This document shows positions 18,653 to 27,148 of a DNA stretch of 64,000 bases, in pieces. The DNA is from a bacterium. Lineage in GTDB: Bacteria; SAR324; JACQKK01. A model generated the notes under the pieces. The model searched no databases. It saw only the letters and a program-made list of their open reading frames with translations, and had not been told where the DNA came from. The translations under genes and the position numbers were made by a program. Numbering within the stretch: the stretch's first letter is position 1; the number at the start of each line of letters is the position of its first letter. The stretch covers positions 608,001-672,000 of the forward strand of contig OZ251219.1 of assembly GCA_965240465.1 (NCBI GenBank). The letters are read 5' to 3'.

Positions 18653-19215
18653 ACATAGCGTCCGTGCAGGATGAAATAATGATGAGCATGAGGGAGATGT
18701 TTTTTGGGAACAATAGCCAGCAGCTTTTTTTCTACCTCTAATGGGGTACGACCTGGGGCTAATCCAGTGCGATTACTAACCCGAAACACATGAGTATCCA
18801 CCGCAATGGTAGGATGACCAAAAGCTACCGCCCGTACCACATTGGCGGTCTTTCTACCTACTCCGGGTAGGGCTTCCAAGTCCTGATGACTTTCAGGCAC
18901 TGAACCCCGATGCTTTTCCAGCAGTAGCAGACAGGTTTTTATGATGTGCCGAGCCTTAGTAGGAGCTAAGCCGATCTGCTTGATGTGGTGGAGAAATTTT
19001 TTCTCACCCATCTCTAGCAGGGATTGAGGGGTGATGGGAAACAAGGTAGCAGTAACCCGATTAACAGAACGATCAGTAGCTTGGGCACTGAGAATGACTG
19101 CTACCAGCAGCTCAAATTTAGAGCCATAATTCAATTCGGTGGTGGGGGGTTGGGAGTGATCGGCGGCTAGTTTATTTATCAAAGCCGAAGCACGCTGGGA
19201 GTTCATTATCTGCAT
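18571..19215 (-). CDS. nth: Endonuclease III
   Basis: LLVAVILSAQATD, LPGVGRKTANVV, VDTHVFRV, C-x6-C-x2-C-x5-C Fe-S motif. Confidence 0.97.
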   Translation of the reverse strand: MQIMNSQRASALINKLAADHSQPPTTELNYGSKFELLVAVILSAQATDRSVNRVTATLFPITPQSLLEMGEKKFLHHIKQIGLAPTKARHIIKTCLLLLEKHRGSVPESHQDLEALPGVGRKTANVVRAVAFGHPTIAVDTHVFRVSNRTGLAPGRTPLEVEKKLLAIVPKKHLPHAHHYFILHGRYVCKARKPLCKECIILKECQYPHKNQPA

Positions 19216-19226
19216 CCTCTAAAAAA

Positions 19227-20699
19227 TTATTCAGCTACTTCAAAAAATACGCGATGGAGTACTTGCAGAGCTCGTTCAGCATCCTGCTGGCGTACCACAC
19301 AAGATATATTTACTTCGGTAGCCCCTTGGGAAATTACCTCAATGTTAATGTTTTCTTTTCCTAAGGCTACAAACATACGACCCGCCGTACCGGGTAAATC
19401 TTGCATGCCCTCTCCTACGATTGCCAAAATCGCCCGATTACTTTTTATTTCTAAGGCACCTAGTTTTTCTAGCTCATCAGAGGCATGTTTCAGGGATTTC
19501 ACATGCTCCACCGTAAATGAAATACTCACCTCCGAGGTGGATACCAAATCCACCACCACCTGATGACGCTCCAAACACGCAAAAACGCGTGCCATAAATC
19601 CATAGGCGTTAAACATGCGATTGGAATGAATAGTAGCCACGCTAATGTGCGATTTTACCGTCACCGCAGTAACCACATAAGGAGAAGGAGAAGAAAGCTT
19701 GAGAATGGTTGTTCCCTTAGCATCAGGTTGATAAGTATTCATTATGCGGATGGGAATACCGCTCTCCATCACGTATTCCATGGTAAGAGGATGGAGTACT
19801 TGGGAGCCGAAATAAGTCAATTCGGCAGCTTCGGTAGGAGAAATTTGTTGCAAGGGACGAGCCGTTTTTATGCGATGAGGATCTGCGGTATAAATACCTG
19901 CCATTTCCTTCCAGATCTGCAATTCAGCCACCTGTTGTTTGCCTAGCCCTGCCGATATTAAAACCGAGGTGAGATCTGAATATCCTCGCCCTACCGTTTG
20001 CAATAAACCTCCGGGAACTAATCCGAAAAAACCAGTGGCTACCGTCAGACCAGTTGAAGCCGATCCAGTGGTACACAGCCTCGCCAACTCCTCCTGAACT
20101 GATTGAAAAAACCCATCTCTCAGCTCCTTTTCGTCTTTTAGAGCCCGACTGAGGTCAACCAGCTTGGGTTGCAAACCCTGTTGTTGCGAGCCTTGTTGTT
20201 GCGATTGAGTAGTCAACTGAGTAGTCAATTGAGTAGTTAAGAGCAAGGCACTAAGTCGTTCTCCACTGCAGATAAGCAAATCCTGTCCCCGAGGAGTAAG
20301 CTCGCCCAAAATCTGGGTGGACTTCAGCAATTGATAAGCATGCTCTATTTCTGCTTCTAGTACCAGTAATGCCTCTTGCTGTTGAGCTGCGGATGCCGAA
20401 CATTGCTCCAATAAGCCCCGATGAAAATCGGCTATCTGCTTGAGTACTTCGGCAAATGGCTTTCCTTCCAGTGCCAATTGCAAGGCTTTTAATAACTGAT
20501 TGGTTGTTCCCTCATCCTTGGTTGTGCCACTCAATGCCGAAACCACTACCACCACCCGAGTTCCCGATCGGCTAGCAGCCGCAATTATCCTAGCCGCATT
20601 CCGCAAGCGATCAGGATTGCCTAAACTGGTACCCCCGAACTTCATCACCAGATATTTCTTGCGGGCGGGGGATTGGTTTTTTAGAGAAGTGATATTCAT
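19227..20699 (-). CDS. lysC: Aspartate kinase with two ACT domains
   Basis: VMKFGGTS, SGERLSA, GRGYSD, TADP, EAAELTYFG, STSEVSIS, SQGATEVNIS. Confidence 0.92.
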   Translation of the reverse strand: MNITSLKNQSPARKKYLVMKFGGTSLGNPDRLRNAARIIAAASRSGTRVVVVVSALSGTTKDEGTTNQLLKALQLALEGKPFAEVLKQIADFHRGLLEQCSASAAQQQEALLVLEAEIEHAYQLLKSTQILGELTPRGQDLLICSGERLSALLLTTQLTTQLTTQSQQQGSQQQGLQPKLVDLSRALKDEKELRDGFFQSVQEELARLCTTGSASTGLTVATGFFGLVPGGLLQTVGRGYSDLTSVLISAGLGKQQVAELQIWKEMAGIYTADPHRIKTARPLQQISPTEAAELTYFGSQVLHPLTMEYVMESGIPIRIMNTYQPDAKGTTILKLSSPSPYVVTAVTVKSHISVATIHSNRMFNAYGFMARVFACLERHQVVVDLVSTSEVSISFTVEHVKSLKHASDELEKLGALEIKSNRAILAIVGEGMQDLPGTAGRMFVALGKENINIEVISQGATEVNISCVVRQQDAERALQVLHRVFFEVAE

Positions 20700-21682
20700 G
20701 AAACTCTTCTTGGCGGGACAGACAACGAAGACTTGATAGCCGTGGACCTAACAGCCGTGGACTTAGCCTTGGTGATGCGTGATAGCCAAGCCGCATAGAT
20801 CTGAGTGGCTGTCCTTTCATCCAAGGAGGGTAGGTTGGGGAACGCTTGTCGCAAGTGATAAGCCGTCAAAGCTACTGATACCGATAAATTATAGCTGGCT
20901 ACGAATCCGTACATGGGGATTGAGAAGTATCCATCAGCAGCTTTCAGGGCGGCTGGGGAAACTCCTCGGTGCTCGTTGCCGAACACCAAAGCTAGGGGAC
21001 GGGATAGATCTAGCTCAGGCAGGGGGATCGGCAGATTAGCAGGTAGGGCAGCAGAATGACGGTTTGAAATCTTTGTGGTGGGTGAGTGAGAATTCTCTGC
21101 CATGCTTTGACTAGGCAGAGCTTGACTAGGCAGAGCTTGACTAGGCAGAGCTTGACTAGGCAGGGCTTGACTAGCCAGTACCTGATATCCGTCTTTTTTT
21201 AGAAATGCAATTGCGGAATTAATATCACTCCACCAGTACAAATTGAGCCACCGATTAGAACCCTGGGTAATTCCCTGAGATAATTGCTTGGAATTTTTGG
21301 GTAAAGGACACGGGCGATTAGGGGCTTCATCTGGGATGGCAGAAGCATCTCCAGCATTAGCATCCCCAGTATTAGCTCTAGTTTCATCAATCCAGAGCCT
21401 AGTACCAGCTTCCACCAGATGTGCTTCTTGGAAGGAACAGCCATCCAAGCTTCTAAGAGCAGCACTGCAATTGTGAGGGTCTACCATATTTTCAAACACA
21501 AACACTGCCTGCCGACTGCGACGGGATAATACTGCCCGCAGTTTTTTTGACCTCTGAGGTAGAAGGAGTCCTTCCAGCTCAGCGATCAATTTTGGGGCTT
21601 CTGCTGGGGAGGGAAGCTGGGGCTGTTGGGATAGCAAACCAGGGGGAGATAGCCATTTCTCAGCTGAATTTTTATTTAACAT
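20696..21682 (-). CDS. trmH: tRNA Gm18 2'-O-methyltransferase TrmH family, with low-complexity insertions
   Basis: ENMVDPHNCSAALRS, LVFGNEHRGVS, IPMYGFVASYNLSVS. Confidence 0.85.
   Translation of the reverse strand: MLNKNSAEKWLSPPGLLSQQPQLPSPAEAPKLIAELEGLLLPQRSKKLRAVLSRRSRQAVFVFENMVDPHNCSAALRSLDGCSFQEAHLVEAGTRLWIDETRANTGDANAGDASAIPDEAPNRPCPLPKNSKQLSQGITQGSNRWLNLYWWSDINSAIAFLKKDGYQVLASQALPSQALPSQALPSQALPSQSMAENSHSPTTKISNRHSAALPANLPIPLPELDLSRPLALVFGNEHRGVSPAALKAADGYFSIPMYGFVASYNLSVSVALTAYHLRQAFPNLPSLDERTATQIYAAWLSRITKAKSTAVRSTAIKSSLSVPPRRVS
21107..21174 (-). repeat. 4.5 x 15-bp in-frame repeat (SQALP) inside trmH
   Basis: TTGACTAGGCAG(A/G)GC tandem. Confidence 0.95.
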
Positions 21683-21741
21683 TAAAAATTTCTTTCGGTT
21701 TTTTTTGATTGGAATCGCAAGTTCATATGTCCGTGTGAAAG

Positions 21742-22734
21742 CTAAGCAACATTCTCTTGGAGTAGTACATCCCGAGCGAGATCCTCATTCTTTAATGCTT
21801 TCAGTGTTTCTAGAGCCTCCATCAGTTCGGGGGCAGTTTCCTTTTTCAGCAGGGCGATACGGTTCTCTTTGGCTAGCGGGAAACCCTTGATATACCCTAC
21901 CAAATGTTTGCGGAATTCTAGTACTGCCCTCCTTTCATTAGGTTTTATCTCGGCTAGTAACTTAAAATGAAATTTCATCACCCTTATCCTTTCTGCCATA
22001 CTCGGAACTTGCTCACAGGAGGAAAAAACCCAAGGATTCCCTATGGCAGCCCTACCAATCATAAAGCCATCCAAGTTTCCTAACTTATTAAGACCCTCTA
22101 TTCGGTGTTTAAGATCTCCATTGCCTAAGACCCGCACCTTAACCTTGCTTTTCAAATTATAAATGGACTCCCAATCAGCTTTACCACCAAAGCTAGCATC
22201 ATAGGTGCGTCCATGGATGGTTAACAGGGAAGCCCCCGCATCCACCAAGCCCCTCGCAAAATCTACCAACCCCGCCGATGAACGCCAGCCCAACCTCGTC
22301 TTTACCGATACGGCTAATGAAGAAGCATTAGCTACCGCTTCTACTATCTGGCAAGCAAGCCGAGGATCACGCATCAGACTGCTACCATGCTGAGAATTGA
22401 TGATACGGCGAGAAGGACAACCCATGTTAATGTCTATCCCAGATACTCCTTCTCCAGCTAGTACTCTGGTTGCTTCTGCAAATGACTCTGGCTGCCCACC
22501 AAACAATTGTACGAAATAAGGCTGCTCCTGAGGAGCAAATTGCAATCTTTGCCTCACTCGGTCACTACGCAAAAAACCTTCCGCACTGGTGAACTCGCTG
22601 AAGAGGATCACATCAGGATACAAACCGCGTACCAATTGACGATAAGCAGTATCGGTGATGCCATCCATGGGTGCCAGACAAACCAGGGGAGAAGATCGGC
22701 TTGGGTGAAGTTCGGTAGTAGGACTAGCAGACAT
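21742..22734 (-). CDS. tRNA-dihydrouridine synthase (Dus family)
   Basis: LAPMDGITD, IDINMGCP, SVKTRLG, LTIHGRT, GNGD, MIGRAAIGNPW; start ATG 22734 (longer ORF merely reads through a repeat). Confidence 0.93.
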   Translation of the reverse strand: MSASPTTELHPSRSSPLVCLAPMDGITDTAYRQLVRGLYPDVILFSEFTSAEGFLRSDRVRQRLQFAPQEQPYFVQLFGGQPESFAEATRVLAGEGVSGIDINMGCPSRRIINSQHGSSLMRDPRLACQIVEAVANASSLAVSVKTRLGWRSSAGLVDFARGLVDAGASLLTIHGRTYDASFGGKADWESIYNLKSKVKVRVLGNGDLKHRIEGLNKLGNLDGFMIGRAAIGNPWVFSSCEQVPSMAERIRVMKFHFKLLAEIKPNERRAVLEFRKHLVGYIKGFPLAKENRIALLKKETAPELMEALETLKALKNEDLARDVLLQENVA

Positions 22735-22850
22735 TGGCAAGGACACTAAGCAACAGGGCAAGGACACTAAGCAACAGGGCAAAACAGAGGGCAGGGCAGA
22801 GGAGGGCAAGGCAACAAGGCAAAACAGAGGGCAAGGCAACAGGGCAGGCG
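22735..22850. repeat. Degenerate GGCAA(G/A)-based tandem repeat including 2 x 21-bp GGCAAGGACACTAAGCAACAG
   Basis: Read directly, upstream of dus. Confidence 0.8.
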
Positions 22851-22889
22851 ACCTTTGGTGCTTAGAAGAATAGCACAGCAGATATGGGG

Positions 22890-24158
22890 CTAGGAGCTAA
22901 AAAATTGAGAGAAGAATTCTTTATGTACCCACCTCAGGGCTTGAGTGGCAAAAGCTAGCTGATGTTCTAGGCGGGTTTGAAAAGGAGGTAGGGTAATCAA
23001 ATGGGTGGCAGAGTGTCGCTGAGAAGCCAGAGCTAGCCAAGTTTGTCCATTTTTAGGGCTTTGTCTTTTGCCATCGGGTGGTCCGGCCATTCCGCTTTCC
23101 ACAATGACTAGCCCGGGATGCTCGGTTTGGGATTTTCTCAGTATTTGTTGTGCTATGGTGCGGACATGCTTTTCGCTGACCGAGGATTCAGGAGCCGAGC
23201 TAAGTTTCAATTGGGCTGCTCTGCTGTAAGGGATACGGGCTTGGTGGAAGTAGCAAGAGGCATTAGAACATGCCAGTAAAGAATGCGATATTAAGCCTCC
23301 GCTACTGGTTTCACTGATGCTAAGGGCTGGAGTGGGATTGCTAGCCAGCAATTTTTCGTGGAGCAGTTGGGCAGTGCGGAGCAGTTTTTGCCAAGCTGAA
23401 TTATGGTCTTGCTGAAGGAGGCTGAGTGAATTGGGGTCTGGAGCATAAGCCTCAAAAAATTCCTGCACCAAACCGCTACTGACCATGGCGGTAAGAGGAT
23501 CTCGGGCTTCGGCACAACGACGAATTGCTCGGCTGCTGGAGGGTAAAAATGGGAGTAGCCCGCGGGGAACATTTTTTAGAGGGTAATCAATCACTTTTAA
23601 TTGGCAATGGAGATCTGCTACTCTTTGTTGAGTTCTTGGTGGTGGTTGTGGCGATGACTCACGTTCTAGCAAGTGCCAGAGGACATCTTTAGTGAGTATG
23701 AGGGTATCGGCATCGGAAAAAATGGAGGGATCACCCAAGCGAGCTAGCAGATCCGTGCCTGCCAAAACATTGATGGGATTTTTAATTCCCAACGACTTTA
23801 ACCAAATGATATGCTCTGCCAGCCGCACGGGACGATCAAATTGTAGCTCCCGTTCACAGATCTCGGCTGCTCTTTTGATTGCCAATCCCCCTTCATTTTT
23901 GGCTGCTTCGGCTAGGGTACTTTTGTTTTCATCATCGGATTCACGCAGCAATTGCTTAGCCCAACGCAGGCGATGAGAAGCGGCTATGGTGGTCGGGGAC
24001 TTACTGGGGTCTGGGTGGAGACCATTGGAGATCAGGAGTACCACTTTTTGCAGGGAACTCCGTTGCAGCAGCCATTCTGCTGCTACCAAATGGTGAAATC
24101 CTAGCGGGTTGGCTGTCAGCGGGTAAAAAATAGTCCCCTGATCCCATTTGGTATCCAT
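22890..24158 (-). CDS. Fusion of NadD-like nucleotidyltransferase domain (N) and CinA/PncC-like domain (C)
   Basis: N: TANPLGFHHL, HPDPSK, RLRW, ICERE, LAGTDLL, SSRAIR; C: ISETSSGGLIS, ASCYF, PYS, SVSE, ESGMAGP, GQTWLAL. Confidence 0.7.
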   Translation of the reverse strand: MDTKWDQGTIFYPLTANPLGFHHLVAAEWLLQRSSLQKVVLLISNGLHPDPSKSPTTIAASHRLRWAKQLLRESDDENKSTLAEAAKNEGGLAIKRAAEICERELQFDRPVRLAEHIIWLKSLGIKNPINVLAGTDLLARLGDPSIFSDADTLILTKDVLWHLLERESSPQPPPRTQQRVADLHCQLKVIDYPLKNVPRGLLPFLPSSSRAIRRCAEARDPLTAMVSSGLVQEFFEAYAPDPNSLSLLQQDHNSAWQKLLRTAQLLHEKLLASNPTPALSISETSSGGLISHSLLACSNASCYFHQARIPYSRAAQLKLSSAPESSVSEKHVRTIAQQILRKSQTEHPGLVIVESGMAGPPDGKRQSPKNGQTWLALASQRHSATHLITLPPFQTRLEHQLAFATQALRWVHKEFFSQFFSS

Positions 24159-24377
24159 GGCAAATTAAATGGGCAAATTAAATGGGCAAATTAAATGAGT
24201 GGTAGCGAATAGGAAGATAATCGTAGCCGGTATTTTTTTATTTTTGCAATTAGTTAGCATGATAAAAAATTAAGCACGCGGATAGGTGGTAGTTATATTA
24301 GTTATTATATCAATTAGTATGTTAGTTAGTGAAACAAGCGTGGAACAAGCATTATAATAAGTTAATAGGAGTGTAAA

Positions 24378-24779
24378 ATGGATGAAATGTTTAAGGTAGT
24401 TAAAAAGGATCAGCCCGCAGACGAACTAGCAACATCTCAATCGCCTCTGGAAAAAGCAGAGACGAAGGTAATTTCCGTGATCAAAGATGACATAAATAAT
24501 AATTCCATCATGTTGTACATGAAAGGAGAGCCAGACTGTCCTCAGTGTGGTTTTTCGGCAACGATGGTGGAGATATTGGAGCAGCTGGAATTTGATTATG
24601 CCACTCGTGATGTTTTAGAGGATCAGGCTTTGCGAGCAGCCATCAAGCAATTTTCCGACTGGCCTACCGTGCCGCAGCTCTATGTAAAAGGAGAGTTTAT
24701 CGGAGGGTGTGATATTATTTCTGACCTACATGCTAAGGGAGAGTTGCGACCCTTGTTAGAAAAGGCACTAGCCAAATAG
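24378..24779 (+). CDS. grxD: Monothiol glutaredoxin Grx4 family
   Basis: LYMKG.P..PQCGFS, SDWPTVPQLYV.GEFIGGCDI. Confidence 0.95.
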   Translation: MDEMFKVVKKDQPADELATSQSPLEKAETKVISVIKDDINNNSIMLYMKGEPDCPQCGFSATMVEILEQLEFDYATRDVLEDQALRAAIKQFSDWPTVPQLYVKGEFIGGCDIISDLHAKGELRPLLEKALAK

Positions 24780-24790
24780 AGGTTCTCTTT

Positions 24791-25633
24791 ATGAGCCCTG
24801 AGGAAGCCCGCAGGTGTACTCTAGTACATATTTCCGATCTGCATATTCATCAGTTTTCTTGGCGACCGTGGCATTATGCCAACAAACGCCTTTTAGGAGA
24901 AGCCAATTGGTGGCTGAGGCGTGGTCGGCAGTTTCCCCGATCACGACAGCGAACCCTGGTTACTCAATTGCAGGCTTTGGATTGGGATTATCTCTTGTGT
25001 AGCGGAGATGTGACCCAGCTATCACTAAAACCAGAATTTGAGCTAGCTAGCCTCCTTTTAGCACCCTTGCTAGAGAAGGGTCAGGTATTTGTGCTCCCTG
25101 GTAATCATGATCGCTATGTTAAGTCGGACAATCATTTTGAAAAGTACTTTGGCAAATATGCTCCAAAGTCCCATAATTTGCTATGGCGTAGGCTGAGTAG
25201 TCATTGGTGGCTACTGGCTTGGGATAGTGCGAAGCCCGCTCCTTGGTTCAAGGCTAGCGGCTTGGTACCATCGGAAACTTTAGCGGAAAGTTCTCGCCAG
25301 TTGGCAACTCTTCCTAAGCAGGGACGGGTAATCTTGGCAAATCATTATCCTTTGTTTTTTCATCCTCCTCATTACTATAAAAAAAGACGAGATCTAGAAA
25401 ATCATCAAGAAGTATGCGACTGGGTACTTAAGCATAGCCCCCCCATCGCCCTCTACCTGCATGGGCATATTCATAGCAATTGGCAATATCAACCTCCTGA
25501 AGCCAAGGGAAAACTTATGGTAGTGAACTCGGCTTCTTCTACTCAGAAGCCCAAAACTGGGCAAAAATCAGCTTTCCATCGCCTTATATTGGATGGAGCA
25601 CAATACCAAGTAGAAGACTTGCTACTGACCTAG
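24791..25633 (+). CDS. Calcineurin-like metallophosphoesterase
   Basis: HISDLH, SGDVT, PGNHD, NHYP, LHGHIH. Confidence 0.92.
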   Translation: MSPEEARRCTLVHISDLHIHQFSWRPWHYANKRLLGEANWWLRRGRQFPRSRQRTLVTQLQALDWDYLLCSGDVTQLSLKPEFELASLLLAPLLEKGQVFVLPGNHDRYVKSDNHFEKYFGKYAPKSHNLLWRRLSSHWWLLAWDSAKPAPWFKASGLVPSETLAESSRQLATLPKQGRVILANHYPLFFHPPHYYKKRRDLENHQEVCDWVLKHSPPIALYLHGHIHSNWQYQPPEAKGKLMVVNSASSTQKPKTGQKSAFHRLILDGAQYQVEDLLLT

Positions 25634-25710
25634 CCGTAGCAAAATCTAAAGATACCTGAGTACATAAGATTAGCGTCTACTGACTTCTTGGTTGAGAAAA
25701 AAATTATTTC

Positions 25711-26907
25711 TTATTCTTTTAATCTCGCCATCAGGTATGCCATAGGACGCTTGCCTTTTATTCTATTGCATTGTGGACATAGCAGCTGTAGGTTTTCTCT
25801 CTCATTTCCCCCACCATCCGCTTTTGGAACAATGTGATCAATATCTAAATCATCCCTCTTAAAGACATCTCTTTTACAGCCATTACACTTCCCGTCCTGT
25901 TTACCATAAAGATAATATTTATCCTCTTTGGTAGGATCCTTCTTAAAATCCCTGTCAGTGCGGGTTGGTATATCGGTTCTATAAATGGGTTTGGGGCGAA
26001 ATAAGTCAGATGACACTTCCTTTTGTAAACGCCTTTGTACAAGATCAAAGGCGACTGGTGAAACGTCTATACCTATCCACTGACGCTCCAAGCGTGAGGC
26101 AGCTATACAGGTGGTAGCACAGCCACAGAATGGATCAAGTACAAGTCCTTTCTCAAGACAGGATGCTTTAATAATACGCTCCAGCAGTGCCAGCGGTTTC
26201 TGGGTCGGATAACCTGTACGCTCCCTCGCTTGCGCGTTTAAGGATTGTATGTCTGTCCACACATCCATCGGCAGTTTCTTCTCGTTTGTAGCTCTGGTGG
26301 CATTCTTGATACCTGTTTTAATGCGTCTTAAAACTTCCTCTGTGCGTGACACCAAAATATTGTGCGGGGTAAAAATATATTTATCTGTTTTTGTATAGAA
26401 TAAAAGAACATCGTGTTTTCTAGCAAACCACCGCTTACCTGCACCACCTGTTTGATAATGCCATATCACCTCATTCACAAAAGAAGAATACCCAAAAATC
26501 GTATCCAACAATAATCTCAAATAGTGACTAGCAGTGGTATCGCAATGTAAATACAGACTGCCTGTGTCCTTCAAGACACGATGCATTTCAAACAAACGCA
26601 CTGCCATATAAATCAAATAGTATTTTGCAGAACGACTTCCTACCTCGCCCACAGCATCCAAGTACTTATACAGCTTGGGTTGCTTGGCTCTGATCTCATC
26701 ATGCCACTCATCCTTGACGGATTCTTCATGCCATATATCATTAAAATCAGCACCCTCAGCCTCACTACCTACGGGTGCATGGAATTGTCTCCCCTTATTG
26801 AAAGGTGGATCAAGATAAATCAGATCTATGCTGTTGCTGTTAATGCCACGCAATACGGGCAAGTTGTCATGACAAAAAATGGTATGTGGTTTTAAGGTTT
26901 TTTGCAT
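25711..26907 (-). CDS. Beta-class N6/N4 DNA methyltransferase fused to C-terminal HNH endonuclease
   Basis: DLIYLDPPF (motif IV), YPTQKP, LDPFCGCATT (motif I); C-terminal CNGC...IDHIVPKADGG.NERENLQLLCPQCNRIKG. Confidence 0.9.
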   Translation of the reverse strand: MQKTLKPHTIFCHDNLPVLRGINSNSIDLIYLDPPFNKGRQFHAPVGSEAEGADFNDIWHEESVKDEWHDEIRAKQPKLYKYLDAVGEVGSRSAKYYLIYMAVRLFEMHRVLKDTGSLYLHCDTTASHYLRLLLDTIFGYSSFVNEVIWHYQTGGAGKRWFARKHDVLLFYTKTDKYIFTPHNILVSRTEEVLRRIKTGIKNATRATNEKKLPMDVWTDIQSLNAQARERTGYPTQKPLALLERIIKASCLEKGLVLDPFCGCATTCIAASRLERQWIGIDVSPVAFDLVQRRLQKEVSSDLFRPKPIYRTDIPTRTDRDFKKDPTKEDKYYLYGKQDGKCNGCKRDVFKRDDLDIDHIVPKADGGGNERENLQLLCPQCNRIKGKRPMAYLMARLKE

Positions 26908-27148
26908 GGGAGAATCTCTGTTCTCGTCTAAAACTGCAAAGCAACAAAAAATTCCCCATTTCTTTAAGATTACCTGTTAACAGGTTCTCTCCATTTTTGG
27001 TGTTTTCCAAGATACTTTTCAGTACCTACTAGCTACATCCTAAACATTTACTCATGATGTTGTCAAAAAACACTTGATTTTTTGTTCCTGTGATAAGGAA
27101 AAATAAAAGAGCTTTTCAGTAGCTGATAAGTGTTGAGGTCAGAGGTAG

